NCBI GenBank assembly: GCA_965637545.1
Contig: OZ281495.1
Location: forward strand, 27,590,001 to 27,654,000
Direction of reading: 5' to 3'
Origin: Phallusia mammillata
Taxonomy: Eukaryota
DNA: 64,000 nt
Shown here: piece after piece, positions 13,103 to 27,743 of the stretch
Numbering within the stretch: position 1 is the first letter of the stretch
Layout: the number at the start of each line of letters is the position of its first letter
The notes under the pieces: generated by a model
Database searches by the model: none
What the model was told of the DNA's origin: nothing
What the model saw: the letters and a program-made list of their open reading frames with translations, nothing else
Program-made: the position numbers and the translations under genes

Positions 13103-15998
13103 CTCCAGACTGACACAAAAGTCTGTTTCATACACTTTCGTCACAACGTACAAAAATAAAGCATAAACATAATGGAATGCTGATTTACGATGCAGCATTC
13201 GCAGCTATCGCAACTAAAAGGCAGTATGAAATAGGCTATTGCTGCCAGGCATACTGTATAACAAAGTATTGCTCATCCAGCAGTTTTTATTATAAATAAT
13301 CGACGTTTCGACGTCCTATACAAGGCAGTATCTCTACTGCCGTGTGATGTTTGTGTTAAACGTGACTGGTACTGCACAGAAATTGTGTTTTGCTTGACGG
13401 CTTATCACCAAAATGATCTCGTCTAGTCAATAACCAGCCAATATGTCACTTTGATTTGGCAAGGAGAACAGTAACAAAACATACATGGAAAGGCTGAAAC
13501 CTCAACGTATATGGAAATGGTGTTTATACGACCTGTTTTGGCTAGGCAGTACTAGCCTTTAGGGATTTTAAAGAATAAGCATTGTCCAGTCCGTACTGGT
13601 CGATGGACCCGGAAAAGCCAAGGGAAGCCAATGACGTGAATCAACAAACAGTTGCGTCACTGAACGGATGACCAAAAGTTGTCCCTTACATAACAGATCG
13701 AATTTACTCAGCTGGTGTAGTTTTAGCGCACTTGTATGCATTAATTCTCTCTCCCAGTCAATAACAATGACTTCGTTGTTTGGTAACAATCAGGGTGCTG
13801 ATGTTCATGTGCTAGCACCCTTAATGACATTCATTGGTAATACAAAAAACACATAAACAGCTGGAATTTTTCGCAGTGTTTTGATTTGTAAATCTTGCGG
13901 GAGCTTTAGGTTCCTGAGAGAGGTGCAATGGGCGCCGCAATTCCCAAGGGTTTTGCGCAAAGCGCTGAGTTGGCATGCGTCATCAAAACAACAGTTCACT
14001 CCCGTTCAGTAGCCGGGCTGTGGTTTAATGGAGGCTTTTCACTGGGTTATAGATATTGTTCAATTACTCATCGCTACGTGGGCGCGCGGAGAAACGCCTT
14101 TTAACAGACTCAGCATTTACTCGTGGGCATAATGTAGGTCATGTAAGTGTAAATATTCTTTATTCAAAGGAAACTACCAATCATAACCACTCGCTTTTTA
14201 CAGTGCCATATATAGTGTTCCCCTTAATCCCAACAGTAAAAAAATATTTGTACCAACAGCAACTGGGTCATACTTATTGTTAAGCCACGTATGCAACAAT
14301 TTTAACAGTCTCATTATAGATGTAGAGTTGCAAAGCCTACCTAAAGCGTTGCCTTATAGCCAATAATACAGCCGTTTCTTATCAACCCGCTAAAAGAGCA
14401 AATATTTGGAAACGTCGCTGCGGTGTAATTGCTTCCAACAACTGTGGTGCCACACATCCAAATACACCGTACAGTCGTGTCACTCCTAATTAAGTTCCCG
14501 CCATTAGGTTTGCAGTAAAGGCCTCGGATTCCAGGAAAGTGAATGGGCTGATTTGTCTGTGGACATAAATAAAATGCTCCATGCGATATTTATAAGACAG
14601 TATGTTGGTGTTTGTTGACAACTGTTTTTGTTTTCAAGGCACCGTTCGGTTTCCGTCTGGCTTCACACACTGTAGTGATAATGGCAGGTTACACTGCCAC
14701 GAAATTCCGTTGCTTATTCGACCAAAAGGAACTCGGTCAATTACTTTTGGCCTCCCAACGGCGGCACAGCCGACTGCTTGGCGTCAAAGGGAACCCACTA
14801 AACTTGATACAAATGTACGCGCACACACCAAGTGCGAAAACCAATGCGGTTTATCGGCTTTTAAATCAGATTCGCGGCCACAAATTTACACCAAGAATGC
14901 TTTGTTTCTTCTGCCTTGGCGGAAGCCTGTTAAGCCGCCGTGTTTAGTCAAAAGTTGGTTACCAAAAGCAGCAACGAACACTCAGGGTTGGCACGTATCG
15001 AATTGCTTGTTTGTAAAAGATGATTCATACACTCCGTGAGAGCAGTCTGCTGAGAACAAATAATCATATGATATTCAAAAGATCCACCCACAACCTAGTG
15101 CTACGACCTCGTATAAGGAAATCGATTTGATAGTGTTGATTTTTGACACAATACCAAATGATGATTCGTTGTGACACAAGACTAGGTTGAAACCAAATAC
15201 GAAAGTTACTTAAAAATTTCCTGATGGAAAGCTATGCAAATGTTTTTTTTGTCATTTTAATGCAAGCCAAAGTGTATTTGTTTAAATTGTTCTGACGAAA
15301 CCAAATGCTAATTTGGTTTCAGCAAATTTGAATCACAATATATTCATGCATAATTTAAATATTAGCCTATTTTTGTACTCTACATCAAGGAACATACAAA
15401 CTTGGAAAGCCTAATAAACTTGCTTGGTTGAAAAGCAGAACAGAGAACAATCCTATGCAACAATTCATTGCTTATCAGCATTGTTCAATAACAATTGCTG
15501 ACAATAGCACATATTCACATCAGCGAAGGGTACAAAAGGTTATCTGTTGTTTGCATTTCGCCGGAACTTGCTTTAAACCTCGCAGTAGGGCGCGCGAAAA
15601 AAACGGCTTGTCTGTTCTGTCCGTCAACCGGTGGTAAAAAAATGCTCATAGGAAACGACAGTCAAAGCCGTTGTGTTGGAACAGTAAAGCCTTGCAGATG
15701 ACTCACTCAGTCAACACTTTATGCCAGCCCGAAACCATTCCAGTTCCTTTGTGGTTGGTTTGTGGCAAAAGGTGATTAATAAATAAATCATCACACATGC
15801 ACAGTGTATCGAAATTTTAAATGTTTTTCAAAACTATTGTGGCCATCAATGAATGACAAGCTAAATGGCAAGTTTTCGTTTTTGGACTTAAAGCTATTCT
15901 AACAGTTTACTTTTTCTAGTCCATAATCACAAGTGCATGATGCTTTTGTTGCATAAACAACAATCCATTCAAAAACGACTGAAGCTTTCCGAATAGTC

Positions 15999-16496
15999 CA
16001 GGAGTCACCAAACTACGGCCCGCGGGCCGGATCCGGCCCGCGAGGTCATTTCATCCGGCCCGCGACCACATTTTTTAGGTTGCCAAATTGTATCAATAAC
16101 TTTGTAACATTAAAAGTTAATCTACTCCTTACAAAAGTTTTTCTGTGGGGATATTTAGAATTGATATTACCGAGTTTCATGGGATTACAACGCCCAGGAT
16201 TGATCCAAAGCCAGTTTGTTACGTCACAGGCAAGACTACACGTGTTAATTGTGCGCAAACAATTACCCTCTATAGTTACTTGTGCCGTAATATACAAGCA
16301 TTGCTCGTAAGATGAGACTAATTATACAGTTCAACATTCGCATGACCAGTTTTTGAATGGGATTGTAGAAAGACCATATCTTGGCGCACCTAAAAAATCG
16401 CCTCACGTGCTAAGTTTGGGCATGTAAATAATGCGGCCCGCGCGAATCATTGTTAAACTTATCCGGCCCGCAGTGAAAAAAGTTTGGTGACTCCTG
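15999..16496. mobile_element. hAT (Buster-type) MITE, 498 bp
   Basis: TIR CAGGAGTCACCAAACT; perfect TSD GAATAGTC; subterminal CGGCCCGC repeats. Confidence 0.93.
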
Positions 16497-19400
16497 GAAT
16501 AGTCGATTAAAACGCAAGTTTTCGGATTGTTAAACGCACAACATGATTCATATGTCACAAAACAATGCTGCATTTTCTTTAAATTGCAGTACATGGTGAA
16601 ACATAGCTGAGTACATACAAGATTTCATCTCTTGCATGACGCTAGGGTGAGTCATCACATTGTGAATTCTTCAAACAGGGTCTGTTTTTTCGGTAATTCT
16701 TTGTACAGATCCAAGTCATTGACACTCGGGTATCTGTTTCCTGGTGATTCGATGGCTTTCTATCATAGGGCACTCACGCCGAGCGACCCTTTGTAAAACA
16801 ATTGATAAGCGGTTGTCATTTGCATATACACCGCCTCTTCATGCAGAAGCGGACCTTAATGCGAACGTACCATTTCCTTAAACTGAAAGACCATTTAGTG
16901 TTGTAATTTATAAAGACTCAGGCTGTACCAAACGTCGTGCAAAACATCCTAAATTGTCTAAATTTTGTCACGAGCTCCCGGTATCAATAACTTCATCACT
17001 TAAATGTTAATTGGGTAAATAGCTAATAGTTGGCATTTGAGAGTTTAAAAAGAATGTACTTCACATGTATTCACATTTTGTAAATCAATCAAACAATTCG
17101 CACAACTCGTGCAGTGACATAAATGTTGCAACGATAGGTTCACGCAGAGGTATTGTTTACCTTCTGGTCAAAGCTAATCGAAAACAATAAAGCGTTCTGC
17201 CTTAACGTGACTTAATTTCCCTTCGTGCGATTAGTGCCTTCGTGTACCGGCATTGATGAATTGACAGCTAGTAAGAGGTGTTGACTTTTGCCTTTTACGT
17301 ATGAGCTAAAGGGTGTATACTTGCAACACCGGTGTAAAAGAACGGCTTGGTATCCAGACTTAATCATGCGTTAAAAAACACAAGCCTTAATTAGAGGGTG
17401 AAAAATTCTGTTTTAAACAATTTACATGAAAATGATTTAGAATCCAACGCTTGTTAGTCAACGCCCAAAATTTTTTCGCCTAATCAACTTACTTTTGGCT
17501 TTTTACGTCATGCTATTGTCGGACAGAATGTTTGTACAAGAATAAGCCATCGAAATCCCAATTAGGAATACCAGACCCAACATTGCGTCTAATTTGAATG
17601 GTTTAACGTCCCCAGACAAGCAACTTACCAGTAATTTACCAATCACAATCATTTATGACGTGATAACAACACCATCTTTGAGGGTTAAAGCGTTTAAAAA
17701 CATGACAATTTCGAGTGACAGTAAGTTTAAAAAACATCACTCAAAGGGTTCAAACCTATTAATTGTTTAATTAAACCACATGTAGGTTTACATCGACTTG
17801 ACGAAAGTCCAAACGTGTTCCCTGTACAAAATGACGTTCAGTGTCTGTGTTTATCGGATATTTGGTACGTAGGCGCTTGTTGGTAATTTGTCTGTTAATT
17901 TCTTTCTTGTCTCTATTTTTAGATGTGCATTTTTCTACGTCTGCCAGTTGCCAAGCACTTGAAAATGCTTTTCATAACATTGCAGAAGGTGACACAATAA
18001 ATTGAAAACCACTTTCGTTTTGCAGTTTCTTATTGTACTGTTGTAGCGCGTGTGTTTATTTGATGAATCACCCAGATAAATGCTTCGTCAACATTCGGTC
18101 CCATTTGGAGTCACTTACCGTAAAACCTTTACAGCATTAAGTAACGAGCGGGCATTGTTTACATTCGAGTCAACAGAGCGCGCAGGGGCCGGAAATAGGC
18201 AAATGTCAGTTTCAATGGTGGTCTGCGAGACCTTCGGACGCGCGCCCAGTCGCCAAGCGTTTATCGTTTCCTGTTGCTCGCGCTGCAGTACAAGGCTCCA
18301 ACCATAACATTCGGCCAGGCATCTTCCTTGAGACTTGTAATGACCAAGTACCGGCTGTTTTCAACACGAAAGCAAGATATGTATGTGTTGGAAACAAAAA
18401 GTTGGTGGCGATAGTTGCTTTCGTATTACACAGCTGTTGCGCAATGCAGGCACGCTTTCAATTGGTGTTTTTCTCAACGAAGGTTGAAAACAGGATTTTG
18501 GCATATAGAGGCTTTGTGCTGTGCGGGTGTCAAATTTCGTTTCAATCGCTTCTGGTGCGCGGGACATTCTCCGAAACGGACGCTGTTTGCCTTCCCGGCC
18601 GTGTGCGCGCAACTCGCATAACAATGTTTGGAAGCAGCCAATAAATTTGTCCGGCAAACAGACACATATGGCGCGCGAAAACAGCACGACCGACCCCGTC
18701 AAGGTTCGATGCTTCGTGAGTGCAATGATCTATTTCAATTCGTCATATAGTCTGAATCTTTTAACCGAATTCCGTACGGCTTCACGGTGTAAAAAAAGAC
18801 GCCGGTGTAGCGACGACGCGCCATATACAGTCCGTCGCGCATCACTGACGAACGTGACGTCAACGCCAAAGTTTTCGCCAAGTGATGCCTGGCGGCTATG
18901 TTTCACAAGCGACTGCCTCAGCGTCTCGACTTAAGGCTACGCTAACTTGCTATACCATAACTACTGGTTTTCCTGTCTGTCTGGTGTGACTGCCTAAAGC
19001 TGCTTCAAGGAGGTCAAACCGAGAAGTCGTGAAGAACGAAGTACAAGTTTTAATGGCAAAAAATAAAATTCTTTACAATCTCTTTCAATACTTTCCAAGC
19101 AACAAGAGTATCAGCAGCGTCTGCGACATACACTATAGGCCAGCCAACCGATCGAATTGTGTGGCGGCGGTGGTATTGGAGCACTCTACGAAAATCAACG
19201 TGGGCGCATTTTTACGTATATAACACATCAACACAGAAGGATATGTTGCACAAATGGCAGCAAAATAAAAATCTACATTTTTTGTGATACAGCGCTCCTC
19301 GTCGTATGCAAAAGATATAATAATATGTGGGTAACAGTATGCACAAGGGTAACGAATCGTTCCCGTTCGTTCAGCCGACAGAACACATAAAAAAACTGAA

Positions 19401-21147
19401 AAGGGGAAACAATAGTGGTGGGCCCTGGTAAACATAATCGCTAAGAAAGAAATGAGAACTTTTCGCCGAACTCGGTTTAGGTGTAAACAGAATTGGGACG
19501 CACAAAATAAACTTTGAAGCCAAAGGAAAGGAATTTTAGGCACTTGCTTACTGCCACTTTGTTAAGGCCACGATTGAGTTAAAGTTAAAGGTTGGGTTAT
19601 AGCCTACTGCTGGGTTATTGGTACATTTTGCCTTAAACAGCGCAAAGGGGTTTGGTGTTGGTTTTTCTCCTCGAGGTAGACAGAGATATGCGCGCAGTCT
19701 GAAAAATTGTGTGTGCCTGCGCGGCGATCGCGGAGTGCGTGTGCGCCACCGCAATGCGATAGCCGTGTTTTTGCCCAAGTTCCAAGGCGCATTTTAACCA
19801 AAAAATACAGGCGAGCAGTTTTGTAGCAGCAATTATCGATTGGCGATGAACTAGCCCAGCGCTCGGTCGCTTTTTACCTGGATACATTTGAAAGCTTAAC
19901 AGAAAAACCTTGTTATATAGCACCATGGGTAAACTGTTACTAATAAATTGAACCGGACTTTTGTGAAAAAGCGCAAGTTTTAAAACGTTGGCAATGGATT
20001 ATGGCACGTTAAAATAAGGGCACAACTAAGCCGCAATTATGTTTGTATGTGCATAGCAATAGGTACTGGGTGAAATAGTAAACCTTTTTTTACTGTATTT
20101 CTATCTATGTTTAGATACTGTTTAAAGGCTCCCAAAAACACAGTGGATAAAAGTTAGGGGCAGCGGTATTTTTTAAAGTCGTTTTGTCATCTGCTATGCA
20201 AAATAAAAATAAAAGGTTTCTGTAAAACAAAAAGGTTTGCCATTGCAAAAATAAGTCGGACAGTGAATGGGGAACATACATGTTTTTGTCATCAACTTGC
20301 AACGCTTGGCAGAGTAAATAGCTGGGTGAGTGCACATGATAAAACAAAAGGGGTGTGACTTTGTAGAACACAAGAAAAAAAACCTTTAACTCTGGTGGGA
20401 ATAAACGAACACGAAAACCAGTGAATAAGCAGCAACGCTAACTAAAAGCATAGTCAATGAGACAACAATAAAACAGAGAATCTGCCATACAGAGAATATA
20501 CAAAATATATTATTTAGTAATAAATAAAAAAATAAGAACTCATGGGCCTGAATAAAACTACACCCATTGTGTGTCAAACAGTAAATGAGGATTTCAAGGG
20601 CCCAAAGAGCATTTTTGATTGTTTCTAACTTCAAGGCAGTGACTAGCAGGCAATTCTATACACAAGCAGTCAAATAACATAATGATTGTGGCTGTTTTGT
20701 GCCGTGGTAGGTAGAATACCCCTAGCTATGATTATGGGGCAAAACAACAATGGCAATTTTGGTGTTGGTGCAGTGGATCTAGGCATTACCAGAATACACA
20801 AATGTGGCAGCTATTTTCAAAGGGTTTGCACAGAAAATTTAGGCAATATGTGATACATCCATACATGGCATATATGAAACGCATACCTAAATGAAAATAT
20901 AATTCTTGATACAAAACATGAAATATCTGTTTATGGAATTTGTTAGTGGAAGACAACTCTCACTATAGGTTTATGCATGGCAGTAGAGAACAGATATAGT
21001 ATGTATAAAATATGAATGCACACTCACACACACGCACACAAGAACAGGCACACTATTTGAAATGAAATTAAGAACGGAAACCTACCAAACATCACAATTG
21101 ACGTTTTGTACAGCAGCAAACAAAGAGTTTTGAAAGACCGTTGGTCC

Positions 21148-23486
21148 TTACTTTTTGATCAGCAAAGCCATTGAGGCTGTTTGCTTGCAGCATGGGCATG
21201 CAGCACAAGGTTGTGAAACTACCTCGTTAGCGCAGGTATAGCAGAAGTTGTTGTGGCCACAAGGAACTAGGGCTGCTACCACTGAGCCTTCTCCACATAT
21301 GATACATCTTTGTGGCAAACGTTGCTTGCCAGTGGTCTCCATTGCTCTAGCTGTCAAGTGGCTAAGAGCACTGCTTGTTTCAATGGGAGATCCAGATGTT
21401 AGACTGTCTGTGGCTTCACCTGCAAAAACCATTAACACTGATTACACAACTGATCACCGAAAATACTAACTATGAACAATATTGTTAAGGGTTATGTTTT
21501 TTATTTACCTGATGAATATCCACTCTCAATGTTTAAAGCAGGTGTCATGGCAAAACTGCTGAATGGGCCCAATCCATTTATGGAGGAATGGTCAATGCTG
21601 CTGGTTGATGAATCAACAGAGTCTGAACCAACCCTTCTGACAGGATTGTGGCTGTTGATGTTGGAAGGCATAAACGGGGGCAGGATGGAAAAATCTGGGT
21701 CTGACAGTGTAGGAGATAAGCGCTGAAGACCGTTATTTCCATACGATGAAGTGGGGCTAAATCCACTGCTGGTGCTGCCTCCAGTGCTTCCTGTAGCACT
21801 GCTGCTTCTCATTGGAGTAAATGGGAATTGTGTGGCAGCACTGTTGATGTTATCTGGCTGATTATTTTGAGATCCGGTGCTCCATGCAGGGGTTGTGTTT
21901 AGGCCAGCTATGCTGCCAAGTACAGTGGAAGGGATGTTGTCAGCTTGTTCGAAGGCACTTGAGGAATAGGAAAAGCCAGGAATGAAGTTCGGTGCAAAAG
22001 AGGAATCTGGAAAGAAAAGCAAAAAAAAATGTTTATTTTCCTGTTCGACCTTTTAGTTACTATGTGGCTATGACAACCCTTACCTAAGTTGTTGTTCATT
22101 TGATTGGCTTGTGACATGGATAGAAGGTCTGATTGGTGCAGATTTTGAGCACCAGCGTTGGATGGAATAAAGCTAGGTGCTTGTGAGCGAAGAGCACTGT
22201 TCACATTGTTGGTGTTGTAAGGCAAGAAGGCTGATGATGTTGAAACCAGTGAACTGCAAAAACAAATGGATAAAAATCAATTTCAATGTAATGTGCTACA
22301 ATAATACATCTACCACAAAAGTGTTTAAATAAAAGTATATGTAGGAAAGCAATGAATTACCTCGTCTTGTACAAAGCATTGGAAACTGAACTTGTTGGTT
22401 TGATTTGAGCTTGCAATGGGCTTCCTACTTCAGTGCCATTGTTTTTGAAGTCGTCATCGACACTGACTTGCTGGGTGCCAGTACGTGCAGCAATGTGCGC
22501 TTCAATTTCCTCTTTGGCCTTTTCAACATTTTCAGGCAGTCCTGAATAGAAAAATGTCAAATTTAAACCTTTGATTGATCATACATATACATCATATATT
22601 ACTTTAACAGACATTTACATACCTGTAACTTCAAACACCGGTTCCTTGTCACGGCTAGGTGTCACAATGTATGTGTGGGTTTGCTGCTGAATTCTTTTTA
22701 TGGTAGCACCCTTTGGGCCAACAACCAAGCCCACAACTCGGTAAGGCACACGGACTTGCAGTGTTTTGGTGCCTGCATTGCCATCGTTAACATTGTGTCC
22801 ATTCATTAATGCAGCATGTCTGTTTCTGGAAGCTCTGCGAAGTATAATTGACCCATTAATTACAGTAAAACAAGACAGATTTTTACTGGTAAAATTTAAC
22901 AACAGTTACACATTTGTTTGTAGTTTTCTTTTGAAATGATATTTACCTGATTTGTGTGAAATGCTCTGCAGCAGATTGGACTTCTCTTCTTGCCATTGCC
23001 ACATCTTCCTTTCGGCCAGTAACAACAAACACTGGCTCCTCACCCCTCACTGGTGTTTTGATGTAGGTGTTTGTTTTAGCACGAAGGGCCTTTATTTTGC
23101 AACCTGAAAAAAAACAAAATATACCATTTTAATACGCAGCAATGCTTTTTTTACATTACATAGTCCTAAAGTTTTTTAACATGCAACTCGCCAAGAAATG
23201 TTTAAAAAACAAACCAATTTTTTAAATTATACATACCTTGGCGGCCGACGATTTCTGCAACATGTTCAGAGCTTGGTACTGGGACACATTCAGTCATATT
23301 TTGACTTTTCTTGTTTTTCATAGCCTCATCAAAACTGGAAGTAGATCCATCATCATCGCAATTGCCCAGCAATCCAAGGTTCGATAATTCCAAAGCTATT
23401 TGCAAAGCGCGCTGGTCTTCCTGCGTGCTGCCGACGGTCGGTTCCGAAAAGACGGTCGGGCTTTGCATCACGACTTCTGCCTTCAT
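21148..23486 (-). CDS. MEX3: MEX3 / pem-3-like RNA-binding E3 ligase (2 KH domains + C-terminal RING), 579 aa
   Basis: Exons 23486-23237, 23103-22947, 22834-22623, 22541-22361, 22253-22084, 22006-21509 and 21419-21148. All introns are GT-AG, phases are consistent, and the total is 1740 nt. Motifs: [15 protein letters not shown]; KH1 [46 protein letters not shown]; KH2 [45 protein letters not shown]; [22 protein letters not shown]. Confidence 0.97.
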
Positions 23487-26400
23487 TGGTCGATTTCAAG
23501 GTAATCCAAATAGGCTAAGCTGTACAGCTGTTATTTCTTTATTCAAACAATAAAATCCTGGCAAAAAAGCAAAAATATTTTAAGTACAACTTACAGAATT
23601 TTAGCCTAATTGCACAACTGTTGCTTCCGTTTGACGCAAGGCTGTCGCAATAATGAAATCTAGTTTTGTTGTCTAAAAAATCTGCGTGCTTGACTATTCT
23701 AACTTCAGTAACACCGAGCAAGAATACAAAAATCAGCCAGTTTGCAAGGGTACAAACACAGCCAGTAGACTAACAGACGGCCCAGTTCCTCTCATACAAC
23801 CCACTCGTCGCGTCTCGAACACAAGTATGAGCTGCGCACGAGCTCTTCCATTCCTACTTATGACGCTGCCTCGTGTTGTCGCGCCTTTTACCCGCGCGTT
23901 GTCCAATCGCAGTCGCAAACCGACACACGTGATTCACCACCTCGCGTTTCTACCACGAGGCCCTGCGCTCCAAAGAAACAAACAAAAGCCTACCGCACGT
24001 GTAAAGCTTTTTTCGCGCCACAACCAAGCTCACTCTTCTTTGTGTATTGCAACTGCTGCTGTCAGACATATTACGCACCTAAAGCAAACTTACGTAAGCG
24101 CTGGAACCCTTTTTGAACATTGGTATTTGACACAAAAAATACTTAATATGTTGAAGTTTGAACTTTGAAGTTCGCGATTTACATCAGGCAATTGTAAGTC
24201 AAAGCAAATAGGACAAAATTCACCGTCGTGGCTGAAAGTTAAGCAAAAACGTACCCTAGAAGCAACAATTCCACGAACTATTTTACAGAGCTGAAAAACA
24301 AACAAAGACGCTATCTCGGTGCATACGGTACACTGAAACCAATCGATAATAACTCATTAGCGCCCCCACATGGCCTTTTGCTATACGATTACTGCAGTAA
24401 CAAAACTTATGCTGATCTGATCTCTAGGATCACACAAGGGCACGTTTTGAATGATGAGGTTCCACCGTGAGTAGGTTCATTTAAAGCTCATTTAATCCGC
24501 TGCCTTTTTTCTGGGAAGCCATGGATATGGGATTTGCCTGTGGGTGCTAATTTGTTGTTTACTTTGGTGCCCCGCAGCGACGATGTGGCAGAGGCGGCAA
24601 CTTTATTTGGCTTGCGATTCTTGATCAGCGCCATGCAGCGTTCTAAATGGCCCAGCCAGGCTTCTAAATTCTGTAGAAGGCTAGCAACGGGATATGGCTG
24701 GAGCGCTATGGAAGACAGCCAACTTGTTAATTGGTAACTGGATAGCATGGCGAACCTGGCCAAGGCACAAAAGCGGTCAGGTAATAGCCCATTTCCATCC
24801 AATTTCCCCGTGCTATGGGTGTCGCCGGCAATTATGAGAACGGCGTCCTTTTGCAAACGCGGCATCAATGTTTATGCAACCCGAAATATGGTTACCGAAA
24901 GGTTGAAGCGCCATGCCTGGGCCAACAGTATAATATTATGTGAATTTTTTGCCATTGACATTTTTAAAAAGGGTAACTTGGAAATGTTAAACACAATAAA
25001 AAAGCCAAGCATAAATTCGTCGTATTTATCTGCTGCTTAGAAACTCTAAACTACAGAACATAGGCTACATTACAACTACTTTTACTATTCAACCCATAGC
25101 CTACACTAGGCAACAAAAACCCTGTTATTGCTGAACACCCAAGCAGTGATATTGTCACTACAGCAGTGGGAGGTATCCAAAATCCAGCTAAAGCTTTAAT
25201 GGGCCATAGAGGTCACACCGTTAATCCTTGAAACTGCAGGTCCCGGCTGCAGCCACGCCACGCGGTCAACCTTTCAAATAGGCGCGCACCCCAGCAGGAA
25301 AGGAATTTAGATTACAGGGCTACTTCACTGCATTCTTGTTCGCAGGCCGCGCCTTCTAATCAACGTGAGAAGTTAATTGAAAATGTGAAGCCTGCGGAAG
25401 TACGGAAAAGCCTGCGCGTCTGATTTAGCAGCGAATGTGCTGCAAACCTCTGGTAATAAAACCTTTGATCGACCTATTTTTTGTGCGTTGGTGGAAAGGC
25501 AACAATCAGGTTAAAGCATTTGCAAGCAATTGGCGCCGCCAAAAAAACGTGTGCATTCCTAGTATAAAACCAAAAGTGTATGCCACCACTAGTTTGCTAG
25601 TATATAACCAATAAAAGTGTTCTTAAAGGTCAGGTGGTGTTTATGCTGCATTGCAATGCTCAATTTCGAAAAAAATGTATTTGAAGTATGACCCACTTAA
25701 TAGAAAGCAAAAACATGCAACCCGAATGAAGTGTTAAAATATATTTTGTACCCACCTTTGGCGTTGATGACCACAATTGTAATTTCCAGTGAAGAAAACT
25801 GTTTTTTTTTTTTTGGGGGGGGGGGTGCTTTACTAATATCTATTGTACGGGAGATTGAACAGCCTTATCCTTATATTTCTACAAGAACACAAAACCAGTT
25901 ATTTTGTTGCGTTTTTTATTGGAAAAGAGGAAAAGCGATGAAACAAAAGTGGGTCTTCACCGAACAGGAGACCGAAGCGCGCCGCGCAAAACTGAGAATA
26001 GCCCGAAAAAAAGCAGCGAGGAAAAAACGTGTGTGGGGCAAAAGCCTGTGACGAAACAAAAAAGCAACAAAAATTGGGCCACGTGATAATAATGACCCGG
26101 CAGTGAACAAAATTGGTCGCGAGAAAATAAACTGTTAAAAGAACGCAAGGTATTTACTCAAAAAATAGTTTTAAGGTTTTTAAACGTGTGCTTTTTTATG
26201 GTGTCCTGTTCTGTTTTTTTTACCATTTTAAGGCACGCAAGAGGTATGACTATGGCTGGCTGAAAGCATAGCAAATATAGCAGTTATACGACTGAAATAC
26301 AACAAAAATGTCACACTGAAAAAACGAGCAAAATTGCTACTGAACGTATCAGTCAGTTTGGCTATATTATTGACAGCTGTATAAGCCTACCAAAAAACAA

Positions 26401-27423
26401 TGAGTAATACCGTTTGTCACAACTATTTCGTTTTGAGAAATTTACTCGTTTTACGCGTTATTAAAAAAAAATTAAAGGGGGAAGAAAATATCTGGTGTCA
26501 TTGGTTTTCAGTGAACATTTTCTATTTAAAAATGCCGGGTGTGTAACAACAGTACATGTCAGGCAAAAACACTGAAGTACTAAAGAAATACCAACACGGA
26601 AAATGCTATTATCGGTCAACATTGTACATCACGGAACAAAGCTTAACTAGTAATGTGCTTTTCACCTGTGTTACGCGTGTCCAGCGCACAAATACATGTG
26701 TACACTTCAAACAAAGGCCACGATTAGCGCCATGAAAAATAAAAGTCCTTAAACACAAATAGTCCATCACTGCCGTCAGACTAGAAAGTACGTTTCGCTA
26801 CACTTTGTAATATATGGAGCCAAAAAAGTGTCATACCGTACCAAGACAGTTGTGATAAACCAATGATATCTACAATAGTATACGTGGTTTTGGAAAGAAT
26901 GGCAAAATAACTGAAAAATCACTCGAAACGACAAATCATAAAAAGTCAGGAATTGAAATGTCCGAACGTTTGACCACTGTTTTGACTGCTGTACATTTGT
27001 GTGTTACTGTGATTTCTCATTTTTTGCAACTTTCATTACAGTATGGACATGTAAATTGACTGTCTGCTGTTAGTACACTAGTGAAAGTGTACGTTTTAGT
27101 GGAAAGGAACCCGTAGAAAAGAAATTTGCCCTTCGACCTTCGTGGCAGCACACGGCACAATAAATGCTCAGAAAGTCTGGAAATGTGTCTGTAACAAAAA
27201 TAAATCATATTACAACAATACGGTAAATTTTTTTTAAGTAACACACTAATACAGCAAACATAACCGAAATCACAAGTTGCTTATTCCAAAAACGCATGTT
27301 TGAAAACCTCATGGTTTTTGCCTTAAACCGAGTAATTTATTTTAGGACATCAATAACATAATTCCTATTCTAAACCAATGCTTTTTTGGGTAACTGCATC
27401 CAAAGAGGTAGTTTGCCTTAGGG

Positions 27424-27743
27424 CAGTGGTTCCCAAACTATTTTCTTTTAAGGCGCATTTTAGAAAAAACAAAAATTATTTGGCGCACTTCGAACATTTG
27501 AATAATTTTTTTAGCTGACAAAGGCACTAACTATGAGGTCATAAAGCCGCTATACAGGTCACTTTCATAGTTAAATAGCCTAGTTGAACATCTCAGAGAC
27601 GTGGAGCATGTTGGCCTAGTGGTCTAAGCACCTGGTACTACTTCCCTACTTGATTGATTTTAATTTCAATATTTTTTTGCGGCACACCTAATGACATCTG
27701 GCGGCACACCAGTGTGCCGCGGCGCATAGTTTGGGAACCACTG
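27424..27743. mobile_element. hAT (Buster-type) MITE, 320 bp
   Basis: TIR CAGTGGTTCCCAAACTA; perfect TSD CCTTAGGG. Confidence 0.93.

Noticed and set aside
14602-15039. 145-aa and overlapping 111-aa ORFs
   Set aside because: No recognisable motif, no consistent flanking exons, and two overlapping open frames are explainable by local GC richness.
25802-25825. T13-G11 tract as a functional G-quadruplex
   Set aside because: A single short homopolymer run, with length unreliable in assemblies and no supporting context.
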